Positions 1 through 10,499 are shown, numbered from the stretch's first letter. The stretch is DNA of 64,000 bases from Nitrosopumilus sp. (GCA_965214775.1 OZ243974.1:1792001-1856000), one strand, 5' to 3'. Notes: generated from the sequence alone by a model not told the origin. A program made the numbers and translations.

Positions 1-90
1 TGGCTGACAAAAAATGTCGAAGGCAAGTCTCCCAGGTTCAAACTGGCAATCAAAGAAGAGATGGAGTCCAGCAAATACGGTATTTTTTAA
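1..90 (+). CDS. 3' end of a CDS entering the window (…WLTKNVEGKSPRFKLAIKEEMESSKYGIF*)
   Basis: Open frame from position 1 to TAA at 88-90. Confidence 0.55.
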   Translation, partial: WLTKNVEGKSPRFKLAIKEEMESSKYGIF

Positions 91-101
91 AAAATCAGAG
101 G

Positions 102-174
102 GGCCCTCGAGGGGAATCGAACTCCTGTCCGAGGATCCACAATCCTCTATACTAACCACTGTACTACGAAGGCC
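102..174 (-). tRNA. tRNA-His(GUG), G-1 genomically encoded, CCA not encoded
   Basis: Minus strand G-GCCTTCG…GAGGA-TTGTGGA-TCCTC…TTCGATT…CGAGGGC-C; cloverleaf with anticodon GTG and C discriminator. Confidence 0.95.
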
Positions 175-743
175 ACAATAAAGAAAAATTCCGTATCCAG
201 TAATAACCTTTGAGTTCAAACGGGAATCCAGTCTTCAGATGCATGCACATATGACCCATGGCGCCGCCGTGCAAAAAGACGGCGGCAACAGCACGTTGCG
301 GGTAACTGATCGGGTTATGGAAGCTGTTTCTTATTTTAGGCACAGATTCCATTTTGATCGGCATTCATTGGTGAGAAAATTCATGCCTGAACTTCCAGGG
401 ATTAACCTGCTACGAATTTTTTTCTGTTTGAAAAAACACTACATAAAATGCAGATATGCCAGGTTTCGATTCAAGGAAAAAGAAACGATGCCTCAATCAC
501 AGCTAAATGAAAAGTACTGAAAAATCGAATAAGAGCAAAATCTGGGCAAGAGGCACGATGCCTCAACATAATGACAAAACAATAAACATCATTTACATTG
601 CAGTTAGCTGAGACAGCAGCAAAGCCAAAGCTGCTCACGGCTCTGCAAAATCAACTAAAAGAACAAGAGAGGCAAGATAGGCAAAAGAACAGACAAAGAA
701 AGATACAAGGCATCTACAAGGCCAAGTCAGAAAACCCCACAAA

Positions 744-974
744 TCACAGAGAGCCTTCTGCCTGTCTTCTCATAAAATTTGACTCTGCACGTTTTAACTT
801 GGATGATTCAGAAACGTCTTCGGCCATATCGTAAAGATCATGCAATTGCATGCCAGCAGATAATTCATCCTCGTTTTCATCGTCAATATCATGCTCCAGA
901 TTAGCTAGAATCTCGACGCTTTCCTGTAAAATATCAAGACATTTTTTGACTGCCTCAGGCAAATCGTCTCCCAT
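744..974 (-). CDS. Small acidic helical hypothetical protein
   Basis: 76-aa ORF directly downstream of and co-oriented with the LLM gene. Confidence 0.7.
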   Translation of the reverse strand: MGDDLPEAVKKCLDILQESVEILANLEHDIDDENEDELSAGMQLHDLYDMAEDVSESSKLKRAESNFMRRQAEGSL

Positions 975-1030
975 ACTAGTAGAAAACGGGGATACGGTAA
1001 ATGGTTTTCTGTATGTTGTACGACAAGACG

Positions 1031-2131
1031 TTATTGTCTTGCCTTCTCACGCAGTGCAGGCATTACGTGGCTTGCAAATTTGTCAATTGAGCCAAAGTAG
1101 TTCTTGCCCCAGAATCTGATGACAAAGTGGTTTACTCCGGCGTCCATGAATCTTTCAAACGTCGGAATGACATCATCAGGAGTGCCAACTGCAGTAGAAG
1201 AACGCGCAACTGCCTCAGGAATCTTTGTTGCAGCCTCTCTCATCTTTACAATCCATTCCTGGTTTGACATTGAATATTCTGTAAAGTACTTTACAAAGTC
1301 AAAGCCCTCGATCTCTTTTAGATTGTGAACCCTCAGGATCTCAGGTTTGAACAGACTGACTTTGACTGCCTCTTTCATTCTTGCCCATGATTCCTCTGCA
1401 TCCTCTGAAAAGTATACATCAATGTCAAGTGCGTATTGGAAGCTGTCTCTTTCCTCTTGAGGCCTGTTGTTTTCATCCATTGATCTTCTAATTTGTGCTG
1501 CGTGATCTTCAAAGAGTTGGGGGGTATAACCTATTGGCAACCAGCCATCACCCAGTTTTCCAGTTAGTGCAAGAGTTCGCTTGCCGCCGGAGGCCATGTA
1601 GGTTGGCGGTCTTGGCTTTCTAATCGGAGGTGCCTGCAAGCATGCGCCTTCAAGCCTGTAATATTTTCCCTCATAATTTACAGTGTTATCAGGAGTAGAC
1701 GTGTAGAGGGTATGAATGGTTTCAATTTGTTCCTCCCATTTTGAAACTGGTTTTTCAAAAGGAATGCAAAATTCTTTAAGATTTTGAGCTTCGCCGGCAC
1801 CGATTCCCAGAATTGCCCTGCCTTTTGAAACTCTATCAAGCGTAATTGCTGCCAGTGCAATGTTTGACGGATGCCTTCTAATTGCATCAGTAACACAAGT
1901 TCCAAGTTCCACATTGTTTGTAACTGCTGCAATTGCCGACAACATCACCCAGGGATCCAACACAATGGCATTCTTCCATTGCGGGACATTTGTGTGATCC
2001 ATATAGAAGATGGAGTCATAACCGGTTTTATCGGCAAGCATGCATGCCGTTAAAATCTGGTCTTCAGTGTATCCGGCCCTTGCCACGTTGAGGCCGTTTT
2101 GAATGCCAAACTTTAATTTTTTACCAGTCAA
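1031..2131 (-). CDS. LLM-class (luciferase-like, probably F420-dependent) oxidoreductase
   Basis: Motifs DPWVMLSAIAAVT, ELGTCVT, TLDRVSKGRAILGIGAGE, GDGWLP. Confidence 0.92.
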   Translation of the reverse strand: MTGKKLKFGIQNGLNVARAGYTEDQILTACMLADKTGYDSIFYMDHTNVPQWKNAIVLDPWVMLSAIAAVTNNVELGTCVTDAIRRHPSNIALAAITLDRVSKGRAILGIGAGEAQNLKEFCIPFEKPVSKWEEQIETIHTLYTSTPDNTVNYEGKYYRLEGACLQAPPIRKPRPPTYMASGGKRTLALTGKLGDGWLPIGYTPQLFEDHAAQIRRSMDENNRPQEERDSFQYALDIDVYFSEDAEESWARMKEAVKVSLFKPEILRVHNLKEIEGFDFVKYFTEYSMSNQEWIVKMREAATKIPEAVARSSTAVGTPDDVIPTFERFMDAGVNHFVIRFWGKNYFGSIDKFASHVMPALREKARQ

Positions 2132-2229
2132 CTATAGGTACGTCGGATTATTCGCATAAATAAGTTTAGTCAGGCCCTGCCAGTTTTTCAGGTTTTGAAC
2201 AAAATAGGGAAAGGGAAAAAATTGGGCTC

Positions 2230-3174
2230 TTACAAATTACCTGTCTTGATATCTTCCAGACATTTTACAACGTCTTCTTTTGATATGGGAATCGGGTTTG
2301 GATCCAAGTGCCCCTTGTCAGTCATGACAACATCAGCAGCTTCAGATACGTCCGCTTTGAGATCCAGCCTGTCAAAGCCGAGTTTGTCCACAGCTTCTTT
2401 GAACCTGTCATAGAAGATTGATCTGTTATGCTTGTGAGCAACTGTAGTACAGGAAGACAAGGAATAGCCGTGCGGCACGCCCTCATTTGAGAAAACATAG
2501 GACAAGGCATGTCCAAGCGTTGTAGAGCAATTTCCAAATCCCATGCCAGACAACATTGAGCCGTAAGGATAGTTTTCCGGTTTGTCATTTATGATTGCGT
2601 CATAAAGAATCTCAAATGCCTGCTTGCACAGGGTCCGTGTCAGGTCATTGCCAAGCTTACTGTCATAACCTTCGGTTGCCTGGGCACATGCATCACAAAC
2701 AGAATTTTTTACAACTTGTTCCGGAGTTCCGTCCATAAAGTAGGAATCAACTACGGCCATGTCAGCCAAAAATCTGTCTTCGCGTAACAGTTTCTTTTTA
2801 CCATCAAATTTTAGAACACAGTATGTTGTCATTTCAGCTCCGGTTCCAAAGGTTGTCGGAATTAAGATTTTTTCTTTGTTCATCTCTGGTGCGGCATACT
2901 TTACTACATCCATAGAACTTCCACCGCCCAGTCCAATCAGAACAGAGGGATCCTTGTCTTTGAACTGTGAGATTACGGCGTTGACATCATCGATTGACGG
3001 TTCAGGTTTTACTTGATCATACAGCATGTAATCCCGGATGCCCATTCTGGCAATCCATTTGTCAGAAAGTTCAGGAGGGACTGTTGTGACGATTAGGGCA
3101 TTCTTTGGATATTCTGTTTTGCCAAGTGCGTCTTCTCCAAAGTTGATGACTTTTGGAATGCGTACTGTATGCAT
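2230..3174 (-). CDS. Iron-containing alcohol dehydrogenase family; probable malonic semialdehyde reductase of the 3HP/4HB cycle
   Basis: GLGGGSSMDVVK, IPTTFGTGAEMT, and His ligands GHALSY…PHG. Pathway assignment is inferred from family and the LLM neighbour as recalled for N. maritimus. Confidence 0.85.
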   Translation of the reverse strand: MHTVRIPKVINFGEDALGKTEYPKNALIVTTVPPELSDKWIARMGIRDYMLYDQVKPEPSIDDVNAVISQFKDKDPSVLIGLGGGSSMDVVKYAAPEMNKEKILIPTTFGTGAEMTTYCVLKFDGKKKLLREDRFLADMAVVDSYFMDGTPEQVVKNSVCDACAQATEGYDSKLGNDLTRTLCKQAFEILYDAIINDKPENYPYGSMLSGMGFGNCSTTLGHALSYVFSNEGVPHGYSLSSCTTVAHKHNRSIFYDRFKEAVDKLGFDRLDLKADVSEAADVVMTDKGHLDPNPIPISKEDVVKCLEDIKTGNL

Positions 3175-3419
3175 AAATCAGGGGTATCATTGATTATTAT
3201 TATATCATGCGTCTTTAACAAAGAAGTGATTCATAATCAGAAACTGTGCGAATGCCCGGATTTTTCATACATTTGCCAAATAATTTTACGGATAATTTGC
3301 CATTTGTGGTCATTTTAGCCGATTTAATGCCAGGCTTGTTTATGCATGATTCAAAAGCCGCCAATTCCGAATCCCTCTCAGGCCTAAGTCAAGGCGGCAA
3401 AGACAAACAGTCGACTAGA

Positions 3420-3540
3420 GCACATGCTGCGATCAGAAAATCCGACCCCAAATCGGTGAGCAGGACACCAATGAGTGACGGGCACGGTTTCCATACAACG
3501 TGTTTAGACAGTGTTTCATATGGAAATCAGTTCCCCTAAC
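3420..3540 (+). pseudogene. Relic 3' end of an IS481 transposase plus an orphan IS481 inverted repeat
   Basis: Encodes AIRKSDPK…EQDTNE*, matching the C-terminus of the neighbouring transposase; TGTTTCATATGGAAATCAGTTCC near 3512-3535 resembles the IR at 3576. Confidence 0.7.
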
Positions 3541-3575
3541 ATCAATAGACCTTATGTGTAACCGACCCGCCTGAT

Positions 3576-4616
3576 TGTTTCATATGAAAATTAGTTCCGC
3601 CCCTCATTAGTATCCTTCTCCATCCATTTGGGGTCGCTTTTCCTGATCGCTTCTGTGGCCTCCCGGCTCCGGAACGCCATTCTGGGAGTCTCTGCACGCT
3701 TGATGTCAAGCGACCAGTGCGTCCTGTGCTCGTTGTAGAACTCGATGAACTCGTCTACCTTCTCAAAGTGCGTCAGCTCCTTCTCAAGCGTTCTGAACCA
3801 CCTCTCCAACTTGCCGTTGGTCTGGGGGTGATGCGGACGCGAGTTGAGCAGGACGATGCTGTGCTCTAGCAGCTCGTTCTCAAACAGCGTGGGCGTCCAG
3901 CTGCCCCTTGGGGTACCGCGCCTGGCTGACGTAAAGCAGCTGCCGTTGTCTGAGAGTATCTGGGCTGGCGTCCCGAACTCTTTGATGGCCTTGCGCAGCA
4001 CCAGGACTGCGTTCTCCGAGGTCGCGCGCTCAAAGACGCCAAATCCGGTTATGCACCGCGAGGAATCGTCAAGATATGCCACCAGATTGAGTTTTTCTAG
4101 GCGTGAATCCTTCATTTCGTGCCAGTCCACGTGCCACATTGCATTGGAGTACTTGCGCTCATAGCGCAGCCACTTGAGCTGTCTGGGTCTGGCAGGCGAG
4201 CCGTCCGTTATTCCCTCGGCCTTCATGATCCTGTATACTGCATGGTAGCTTATCTGCCTGCCTGCGGCCCTCATGCGCAATGCCAGCCTCTCCACACCCG
4301 ACGGCATCCGCGCATATGCGTCAAGGACCGCCTCCACATCCACGGGATCCGTGTCCATGCAGGGCCTTCCTGCCCCGCTCCGTGGCAGGACTGTGCCGGA
4401 GCTGCGGAATCTGGCCCATATCTTCCTGACATACCTGTCGCTGATGCCCAGCTCCCGGGCTATCTGCTTTGCAGGCACGCCCTTTTTCCTCTGCTTTTCT
4501 ATGTACCGGAGCGACTTTTCCTCCAATTTTTTCCTCACGTTTTTTGATCGGTACAGCCTAAAATAATCCTTCAAAGTACGCCTGATCTTAGGCGGAACTA
4601 ATTTTCGTATGATAGA
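3576..4616 (-). mobile_element. IS481-family insertion sequence with 15-bp target duplication
   Basis: IRs TGTTTCATATGAAAATTAGTTCCGCC / GGCGGAACTAATTTTCGTATGATAGA; ACCGACCCGCCTGAT repeated at 3561-3575 and 4617-4631. Confidence 0.92.
3591..4574 (-). CDS. IS481-family transposase (HTH plus rve DDE core)
   Basis: WHVDW, LDDSSR, ILSDNGSCF, PQTNGKLERWFRTL. Confidence 0.93.
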   Translation of the reverse strand: MKDYFRLYRSKNVRKKLEEKSLRYIEKQRKKGVPAKQIARELGISDRYVRKIWARFRSSGTVLPRSGAGRPCMDTDPVDVEAVLDAYARMPSGVERLALRMRAAGRQISYHAVYRIMKAEGITDGSPARPRQLKWLRYERKYSNAMWHVDWHEMKDSRLEKLNLVAYLDDSSRCITGFGVFERATSENAVLVLRKAIKEFGTPAQILSDNGSCFTSARRGTPRGSWTPTLFENELLEHSIVLLNSRPHHPQTNGKLERWFRTLEKELTHFEKVDEFIEFYNEHRTHWSLDIKRAETPRMAFRSREATEAIRKSDPKWMEKDTNEGRN

Positions 4617-4854
4617 ACCGACCCGCCTGATCTAAAAACATAATACAGCAGATCATGATTTGCATGCCTACAACCGGGATTGTCGCCTGATTTGCCTCAG
4701 GGAGTCGATTCGAAATTAGCAAATTTTGATTATGTGTGGATGAATTTGCACAGGACATCTCAAAACACCAAAAGCACAAACTATCTGTGAAATCACTTGA
4801 AAAATTCATGCGGTTTCTAATCTCGGATCGTCTCTGCAGGCATTCTCTGCAAGA

Positions 4855-4966
4855 AAGGCCACAGATGAATCAGTGAAAGCTGCCCGAAACGGATGGAGTG
4901 AAAGCCAGACACCAATTACTAACGGACAAATTCCACACAACACACAAACATTATTTTCATATAACA
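4855..4966 (+). repeat. Dispersed ~90-110 bp non-coding repeat, copy 1 (copy 2 at 62442-62538)
   Basis: Shared AAGGCCACAGATG-AATCAG…GCCCGAAA-GGATG…TAACGGAC…TTTTCATATAACA. Confidence 0.7.
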
Positions 4967-4995
4967 TAATTATGTCTTGCATGTAAACTAGTCAT

Positions 4996-6270
4996 ATGAT
5001 CATCCAAAACTTTGAAGATCTGGCATCAAATGACAAGAAGAAGGACTGCTTGGAGATTTTAGAGGCAGGGTTGCAGGCAGCAAATCCAAAAAACATTCTC
5101 TCAAAATTTGTTACTCCAACAGAGATCAAAATCGGAAGAAAATCAATAAAATTCTCAGATTATTCTAGCGTGTACTCGGTGGCCTTTGGCAAGGCAGGAG
5201 ACACAATGACCCAGGCTCTAAATGCCATAGTTCCAGTCAAAAATGGAATAATAGTTATTCCAAGGGGTTCAAAATCTGTTGCCAAATGGAAAAAATTCCA
5301 AATTTTCAATCCAAGGCACCCAAAACCTGATCAGACCAGCGTAAGGGCTGCAAAAAAAGTCACAAAGTTTGTTCAAAACAGAAAAGGTGACGAACTAGTT
5401 GTCTTTCTTGTTTCAGGCGGGGCATCATCGCTATTGGCATTGCCTGATCAAATTACTCTGAATGATAAAATTTACGTAACTGATTTGATGTTAAAATCAG
5501 GCTCGACAATTCAAGAATTCAATTGTATTAGAAAGCATCTGTCAAAAATCAAAGGTGGAAAACTGGTTAAAAACATGAAATGTTCTGGCGTAGGCTTGAT
5601 AATGTCTGACGTCGAGGGGGATGACATGTCGTCTATTGCGTCTGGAACGACCTACATGGATGATACAACATACAACGATGCATTAGGAATCATAGACAAA
5701 TACAAACTAGAAAGAAAGATGCCGCCCAAGGTGATGCAGGTGTTGCAAAAAGGCGCAACAGAAATAGAGAAAGTTCCCAAAAAACCAAAAATCGACAACA
5801 TGGTAATTGCAAACAACCAATCATGCTTGACCCGGATGAAAAAGGCAGCAGTAAAAAAGGGATACAAGGTATCAACAATGCAGGTTTTTGGGGACGTCAA
5901 AAACGTAACGACAGAAATTTTAAAGAACGTTCCAACAAAACAAAAACAGTGTCTAATTTTCGGAGGCGAACCAACAGTCAGGGTTCTTGGCAAAGGAACA
6001 GGAGGAAGAAATCAGGAACTAGTGTTGCGGTTGCTAAAGAACACTCAAAAAGAAAAGAAGATGGTAATTGCATCCATGGGGACTGATGGTATAGATGGGA
6101 ATTCTGTTTTTGCAGGGGCAATTACTGAAAATATGAAAGTGGATTTGCCAACCGTGAAAGAATTTTTAAAAAATAGTGATTCAGCAAGGTTCTTTCAAAA
6201 ACAAAAAGCAAACATCATCACAAATTTTACACATACAAATTTGATGGATATTGGAGTAATTCTAAGATAA
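4996..6270 (+). CDS. Glycerate 2-kinase (DUF4147/MOFRL family)
   Basis: AFGKAG, LVSGGASSL, IRKHLSKIKGG, GGEPTV, GGRNQEL, GTDGIDG, TNLMD. Confidence 0.92.
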   Translation: MIIQNFEDLASNDKKKDCLEILEAGLQAANPKNILSKFVTPTEIKIGRKSIKFSDYSSVYSVAFGKAGDTMTQALNAIVPVKNGIIVIPRGSKSVAKWKKFQIFNPRHPKPDQTSVRAAKKVTKFVQNRKGDELVVFLVSGGASSLLALPDQITLNDKIYVTDLMLKSGSTIQEFNCIRKHLSKIKGGKLVKNMKCSGVGLIMSDVEGDDMSSIASGTTYMDDTTYNDALGIIDKYKLERKMPPKVMQVLQKGATEIEKVPKKPKIDNMVIANNQSCLTRMKKAAVKKGYKVSTMQVFGDVKNVTTEILKNVPTKQKQCLIFGGEPTVRVLGKGTGGRNQELVLRLLKNTQKEKKMVIASMGTDGIDGNSVFAGAITENMKVDLPTVKEFLKNSDSARFFQKQKANIITNFTHTNLMDIGVILR

Positions 6271-6817
6271 AACCAGACATTGTAAACTTTGTTTAGAACA
6301 AAACTTTGTTTTACAACATCAGACACAAGCCAAATATGCACAGTCATTTTATCGTTAATGTCAAGTGTGAGATTACGTACCCAGGCCAGCTTTATGGTCT
6401 CGCTTACTATGGATTTGGCTTCTTGCCACTGCCAGATTGCACGTCATAGACCACGATCATCTTCATCATCCAGAGTTTCTCCCTTCCTTATCTGGCCGCT
6501 TATCTTGCAGAAGACGACGGTGTACGGAGGACACGCTCTGCGGCGTTGCTTGTGGGATGATGTTGTGTGATCTAGAAACGCAAACAGGTGCGGTAGCGGG
6601 CTTGTCAGTCTGCACAGGCAAGCCCAAGACGTGGTCGTCCATTCTTTCCCGGTATCCAAACAGTATGCAGTGCAATTAGGATTCATACTTTCTGCACAAC
6701 GGCAATAGTAGCAGCAGCGGCAGTAGTAGTAGCAGCTGCTGCAGCTGTTGCTTGCCACGCCCTTCTCTTCAAGCATCCTGTTCATTGCCTTTAGTTATTT
6801 TCTAACGCGTCTATTGT

Positions 6818-6897
6818 AGACTTTATGCATAATCGACCTAAATGAGATGAATTTGTTTGCAACAATCCTGGTTTTGAACCGATTACGCATAAAGTCT
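6818..6897. mobile_element. 80-bp MITE with the TIR of the ISL2-like element at 25058
   Basis: AGACTTTATGCATAATCG…CGATTACGCATAAAGTCT, flanked by TGT on both sides (3-bp TSD). Confidence 0.85.
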
Positions 6898-7120
6898 TGT
6901 GTGCAATTGATACAATTGTGGCAACATCCATGTTATGTAGTGCGCACAGTTGAAATCTGGATATTTTTTATCAAAATAGGCACGATGTGCCAAAATTACG
7001 GTCCGTTTTTTTGATGTGCGCACTGGAAGTTTAGACACGAATTTTGCCACCAAAAAGGGCCGATCAGACGGAATTTGTGCCTAAAATCAGGAGCAGGTTT
7101 CAGAGCCCGAGATTTACCAT

Positions 7121-8404
7121 TCAGGGCGCCATGATGATATCGCCCAAGGAAGAGTCATAATGTCCTGCAACTTGCCAAGAGCCATTATCATCAACTGTCC
7201 ACAACTCATAGTCACTCTTGTCTAAATCCCCATACTGATTTAAAATAATATTACCAATAGAGCCAACATGAGACTTTGCAATATCAGGCAAAACACTCTT
7301 TATGATATTGGCATCAGTTGTTTGAGCATCGTCAATAGACAAGCCAAGAACCCACAAAGAATCATAAGCTGAATAGGCATAGTTAGAAGGAGAAGAACCA
7401 GACACAGAAACTATATGGTCATGGACATGCTGGTATATTTCATTTTTTGAAGCTGAAAACTGTGTAGATAGAAAATTGACATTTTGAATAAAAGAGGAAG
7501 ATATGGCGTCTTCAGTTATCGCATCATCATTTGAAGAAGCATCAGAACCCAGCCACAAAACATTATGCAGAACGTCATAAGAGTTTGCAGAATTTAATAA
7601 ATGCACAGCCTCAGAAAAGCTAATCATGACAATGCTAATATCAGAAAGTTCGTATCCTTCATCCAAATACCTAGTAACAGTGTCAGATAGCAGATTAGCT
7701 TCAGTTGAGAACACGGTAATTTCAGGGGAGTACCTTATGCCTTCGTCGACAACGCCGCCCAGATCTTCAAAAGAAAGTCTTGTCGATTCGTAAAGTCCAT
7801 CACCCCACACATCAGCTCTGTAAATAGGAATTGCAACTTTGATGTCATTGTGGACTAGCAATTCAGCTAAAACTACTCCCTGCTTTGTATCATCAGGTAC
7901 CAGACGAAAGATATTATCATCAATGGCGAGTTTGGGCGAAGTCGAAGACGGGCTAATCATCAGCATGTCATTAGAGTCTGCGTAAGACTTTATATTACGA
8001 AGTTCCGCGCTTGTCTGGGTTCCTAAAATCAATTTGATGCCTTTAGAGTTCAGGGATTGAATCTTCTCTAGTGCAATTATGGGGTCTGTCTGCGTGTCTT
8101 CAACTGCCAGGCTCATACGCCAATCGGCATCTTTTTCCTGCAGATAATCATTAAAGTCATCTAGTGCAAGATTTACGGCAATATTGGAATCTTCTCCATG
8201 GCTTGACAGATCCCCGGTAGCTGGAAGCAACACGCCAACTTCTACAACATCATACACTGTTGGTTCTAGCGGTGTAGTGGATATGTCAGAGTCAGGATTC
8301 TCACCAGAGTCAGGATTCTCGCCAGAAAATGATAACAGAAATGATGCGCCGGCACCAACAATTATCACCCCCACGGCAATCAGAATCAAGGTTGTTTTAT
8401 TCAA
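7121..8404 (-). CDS. Membrane-anchored ABC substrate-binding protein (branched-chain amino acid / type 1 periplasmic fold)
   Basis: N-terminal TM helix; VGVLLPATGDLS, EDTQTDP, ISPSSTSP, IFRLVPDD, AYDSLWV; 18-bp duplication encoding SGENPD twice. Confidence 0.9.
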   Translation of the reverse strand: MNKTTLILIAVGVIIVGAGASFLLSFSGENPDSGENPDSDISTTPLEPTVYDVVEVGVLLPATGDLSSHGEDSNIAVNLALDDFNDYLQEKDADWRMSLAVEDTQTDPIIALEKIQSLNSKGIKLILGTQTSAELRNIKSYADSNDMLMISPSSTSPKLAIDDNIFRLVPDDTKQGVVLAELLVHNDIKVAIPIYRADVWGDGLYESTRLSFEDLGGVVDEGIRYSPEITVFSTEANLLSDTVTRYLDEGYELSDISIVMISFSEAVHLLNSANSYDVLHNVLWLGSDASSNDDAITEDAISSSFIQNVNFLSTQFSASKNEIYQHVHDHIVSVSGSSPSNYAYSAYDSLWVLGLSIDDAQTTDANIIKSVLPDIAKSHVGSIGNIILNQYGDLDKSDYELWTVDDNGSWQVAGHYDSSLGDIIMAP

Positions 8405-8454
8405 CGAACGCCAGTATTTTTTGTGGTTATATATTATTTTACCACTACGACAGG

Positions 8455-10011
8455 GTAAGAGTTTACCCCTCAGGCGACGTTTCCAGTCAGGGTCTTGGCG
8501 ACCATCTCACTCACGTTACACCCCTGGGCGCGCCAGTTCATCGTACACGTCATCAGTACGGTAAACATCTCCATGCCCTCCATGGTACGGAGTCCCTGGA
8601 ATATCTTGCGCGCAATTACGGACGGCCTCAGCATGCGCTCGGCCAGGTTGTTGGTGGGCTCCATGCCCGGATACAGCACGAACGTGTACAGGTATTCTGA
8701 GGCATTCTCAAGCTTTGTGGCAAATTTTTTGCAACCTGCCTCCCTGAATGCTACGGCCAGCGCGCGTGTCTCGACTACCAGCATGTCGTGTTGTTGCTGC
8801 CTGACGCCGTTCTTCTTCTCCTCCGGTGGTGGTGGCCCCAGCCCCTTGGCAAAAAGAAATTTTTTCTTGAGGGCATCATACAGCTCGTGGGCCTGCCGGG
8901 AAGTCTTGCTGGCGTCCTTGGCCTCCCGGAGTATGTGTGCCCAGCACCACTGCCTGATCTTGAATACGACATATACGCCGTACCCATCAACTGTAACTGG
9001 TTTATCATAATACGGAAAGTTCGTATCCACTACGACCCTGGCCCTGCTGGGTGCGGCCAGCGTGTGGACGCCGGTCGTGGAGCCGTCCTTGTTCTTGCCC
9101 ACTATTACCCATATGCGGGCCGTCCTGCCGTTGTATGGCATGGCAGTCTCGTCAATGTGCAGATAATCAGAATCCTTGATGGCCTGTTTGATGCCCTTTA
9201 CGCTGGGCTTTATTGCCTTGGTGCAGGCCCTCAGGCACTGCAGCACGCCTGCCTCTGAGACGTCCATGTCCAGGATCTCAGAGCACATTGTGACCGTGGC
9301 CTGTATGGAGGCAGGTGCCATGTGCATTGAGGTTATCATCCCCGTAATGTTTGGTCCAAACTCGGTTTCAGGCACGTTCCAGTCCCTGTCATCCTCGATA
9401 CACACGTGGCCGCAGTCGGCGCATTCGCGTTTGTATGCGGTGTGCTGCTGTGTCGTGACCGGTTTGGGCTTCTTGGGGATCTCAGTCACGGTCTTTGAGA
9501 ACAACTTTTCGGGTTTCTTCATGTTGGTGCTGTTGCACTTGTCGCACTTTTTGGGGCAGTGCTTTACAAACTCAGTCGGCTTTCTCTTGTGTGATACTCC
9601 CTTGTGTCCCGGTTTGCGGCCCGGCTTTGCCTTTGCAGATGCCGGTACGTTGCCTGATGCCTTTGCAGCAGCAGTCTTTTTTTTTTCTGCCTGGTCGGAA
9701 TCGAGTTCTGCGAGGAGGGGGTGTGCGGGTTCTCGTAATATTTGATGTGCTACCTGAGCTGCTGGTTTTCTGCCGTCAACAGCACGACCTGTGTTGCAAG
9801 CTCGGCCTTCTCTGTGGCATCTTTGACTACTACCTGCTGCAGATCGGCGATGGTTTTCTCATTCTTTCGGCACTCGGCTATGAGACGTGCAATCTCGTCG
9901 CGCAGTATCTTGACCTCCGAGCCTGATGACATGCATTTTCCTAGGTACTACTATCTTATAGATCGGGTGGTCAGGAAGAATTCACCAAATAGGTAAGGGG
10001 TAAACTCTTAC
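8455..10011 (-). mobile_element. IS66-family element, copy 1
   Basis: Perfect 16-bp TIR GTAAGAGTTTACCCCT / AGGGGTAAACTCTTAC; no TSD detected. Confidence 0.93.
8470..9932 (-). pseudogene. IS66 transposase interrupted by in-frame TAG (9750-9752) and a frameshift in an A10 run (~9677-9686)
   Basis: Coiled-coil N-terminus, ENPHTPSS, PGRKPGHKG, CxxC zinc finger, HIDET, VDGY, QWCWAHILR, PTNNLAERMLR. Confidence 0.88.
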
Positions 10012-10197
10012 GTTCCACGTTGCCTCGCAGACTGTCTGGATCTTGCGTAGTGCATGTTCCCCTTTGATCTGCCCGGCAGACTTTCTTGCTGCATCGGCCG
10101 TGTTGGAAAACTCTATCTGTCCCAGAATCTTTGCGGAATGGTTCTTGATGGCTGCTGTACGCGTCTTTTTATGAACGCCTATTCCCATGCTGATCAT
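10012..10197 (-). pseudogene. N-terminal fragment of an IS110-family transposase truncated by IS66
   Basis: MGIGVHKK (degenerate GIDVHK) … VCEAT ends at the IS66 TIR. Confidence 0.8.
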
Positions 10198-10499
10198 TGT
10201 ATCGCCTCCTTTTTGATCAAAGTGTGTGTGCCCAACTGAACAGAAAACTTCCACCCACCCCTAGCATTTCGTTGTCCCCTCCCACTCTCAACCAGTCTCT
10301 TACATGCCCTCATATATGGCAGAAGTACTTGTTCCTGGGCCCAGCATGGATAATATGGCGTCCGCTATGGATAAGATTTGATATAACGTCTCGTACAGCA
10401 AGTGATCGAAAAAGCTAAAAAGAGGCAAATCCACCTAGACTTGATGAAAGATTTTAGCTGTTGCTGGAAATTTTTCACTATTGGAGGCTTACAATAAAA

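Noticed and set aside
4858-4900. Hammerhead-like CAGATGA…GAAA
   Set aside because: Core deviates from CUGAUGA and stems I-III cannot be formed convincingly.
6289-6800. Several overlapping short ORFs including a Cys/Tyr-rich one
   Set aside because: Cys/Tyr richness comes from a triplet repeat; no recognisable domain; probably decayed DNA.
6938-7084. Short palindromic-ended segments (AGTGCGCACA…TGTGCGCACT; TTAGACACGAA…TTTGTGCCTAA, similar at 62599-62640)
   Set aside because: Possibly further MITE relics, but there is no parent element or TSD in the window to support a call.
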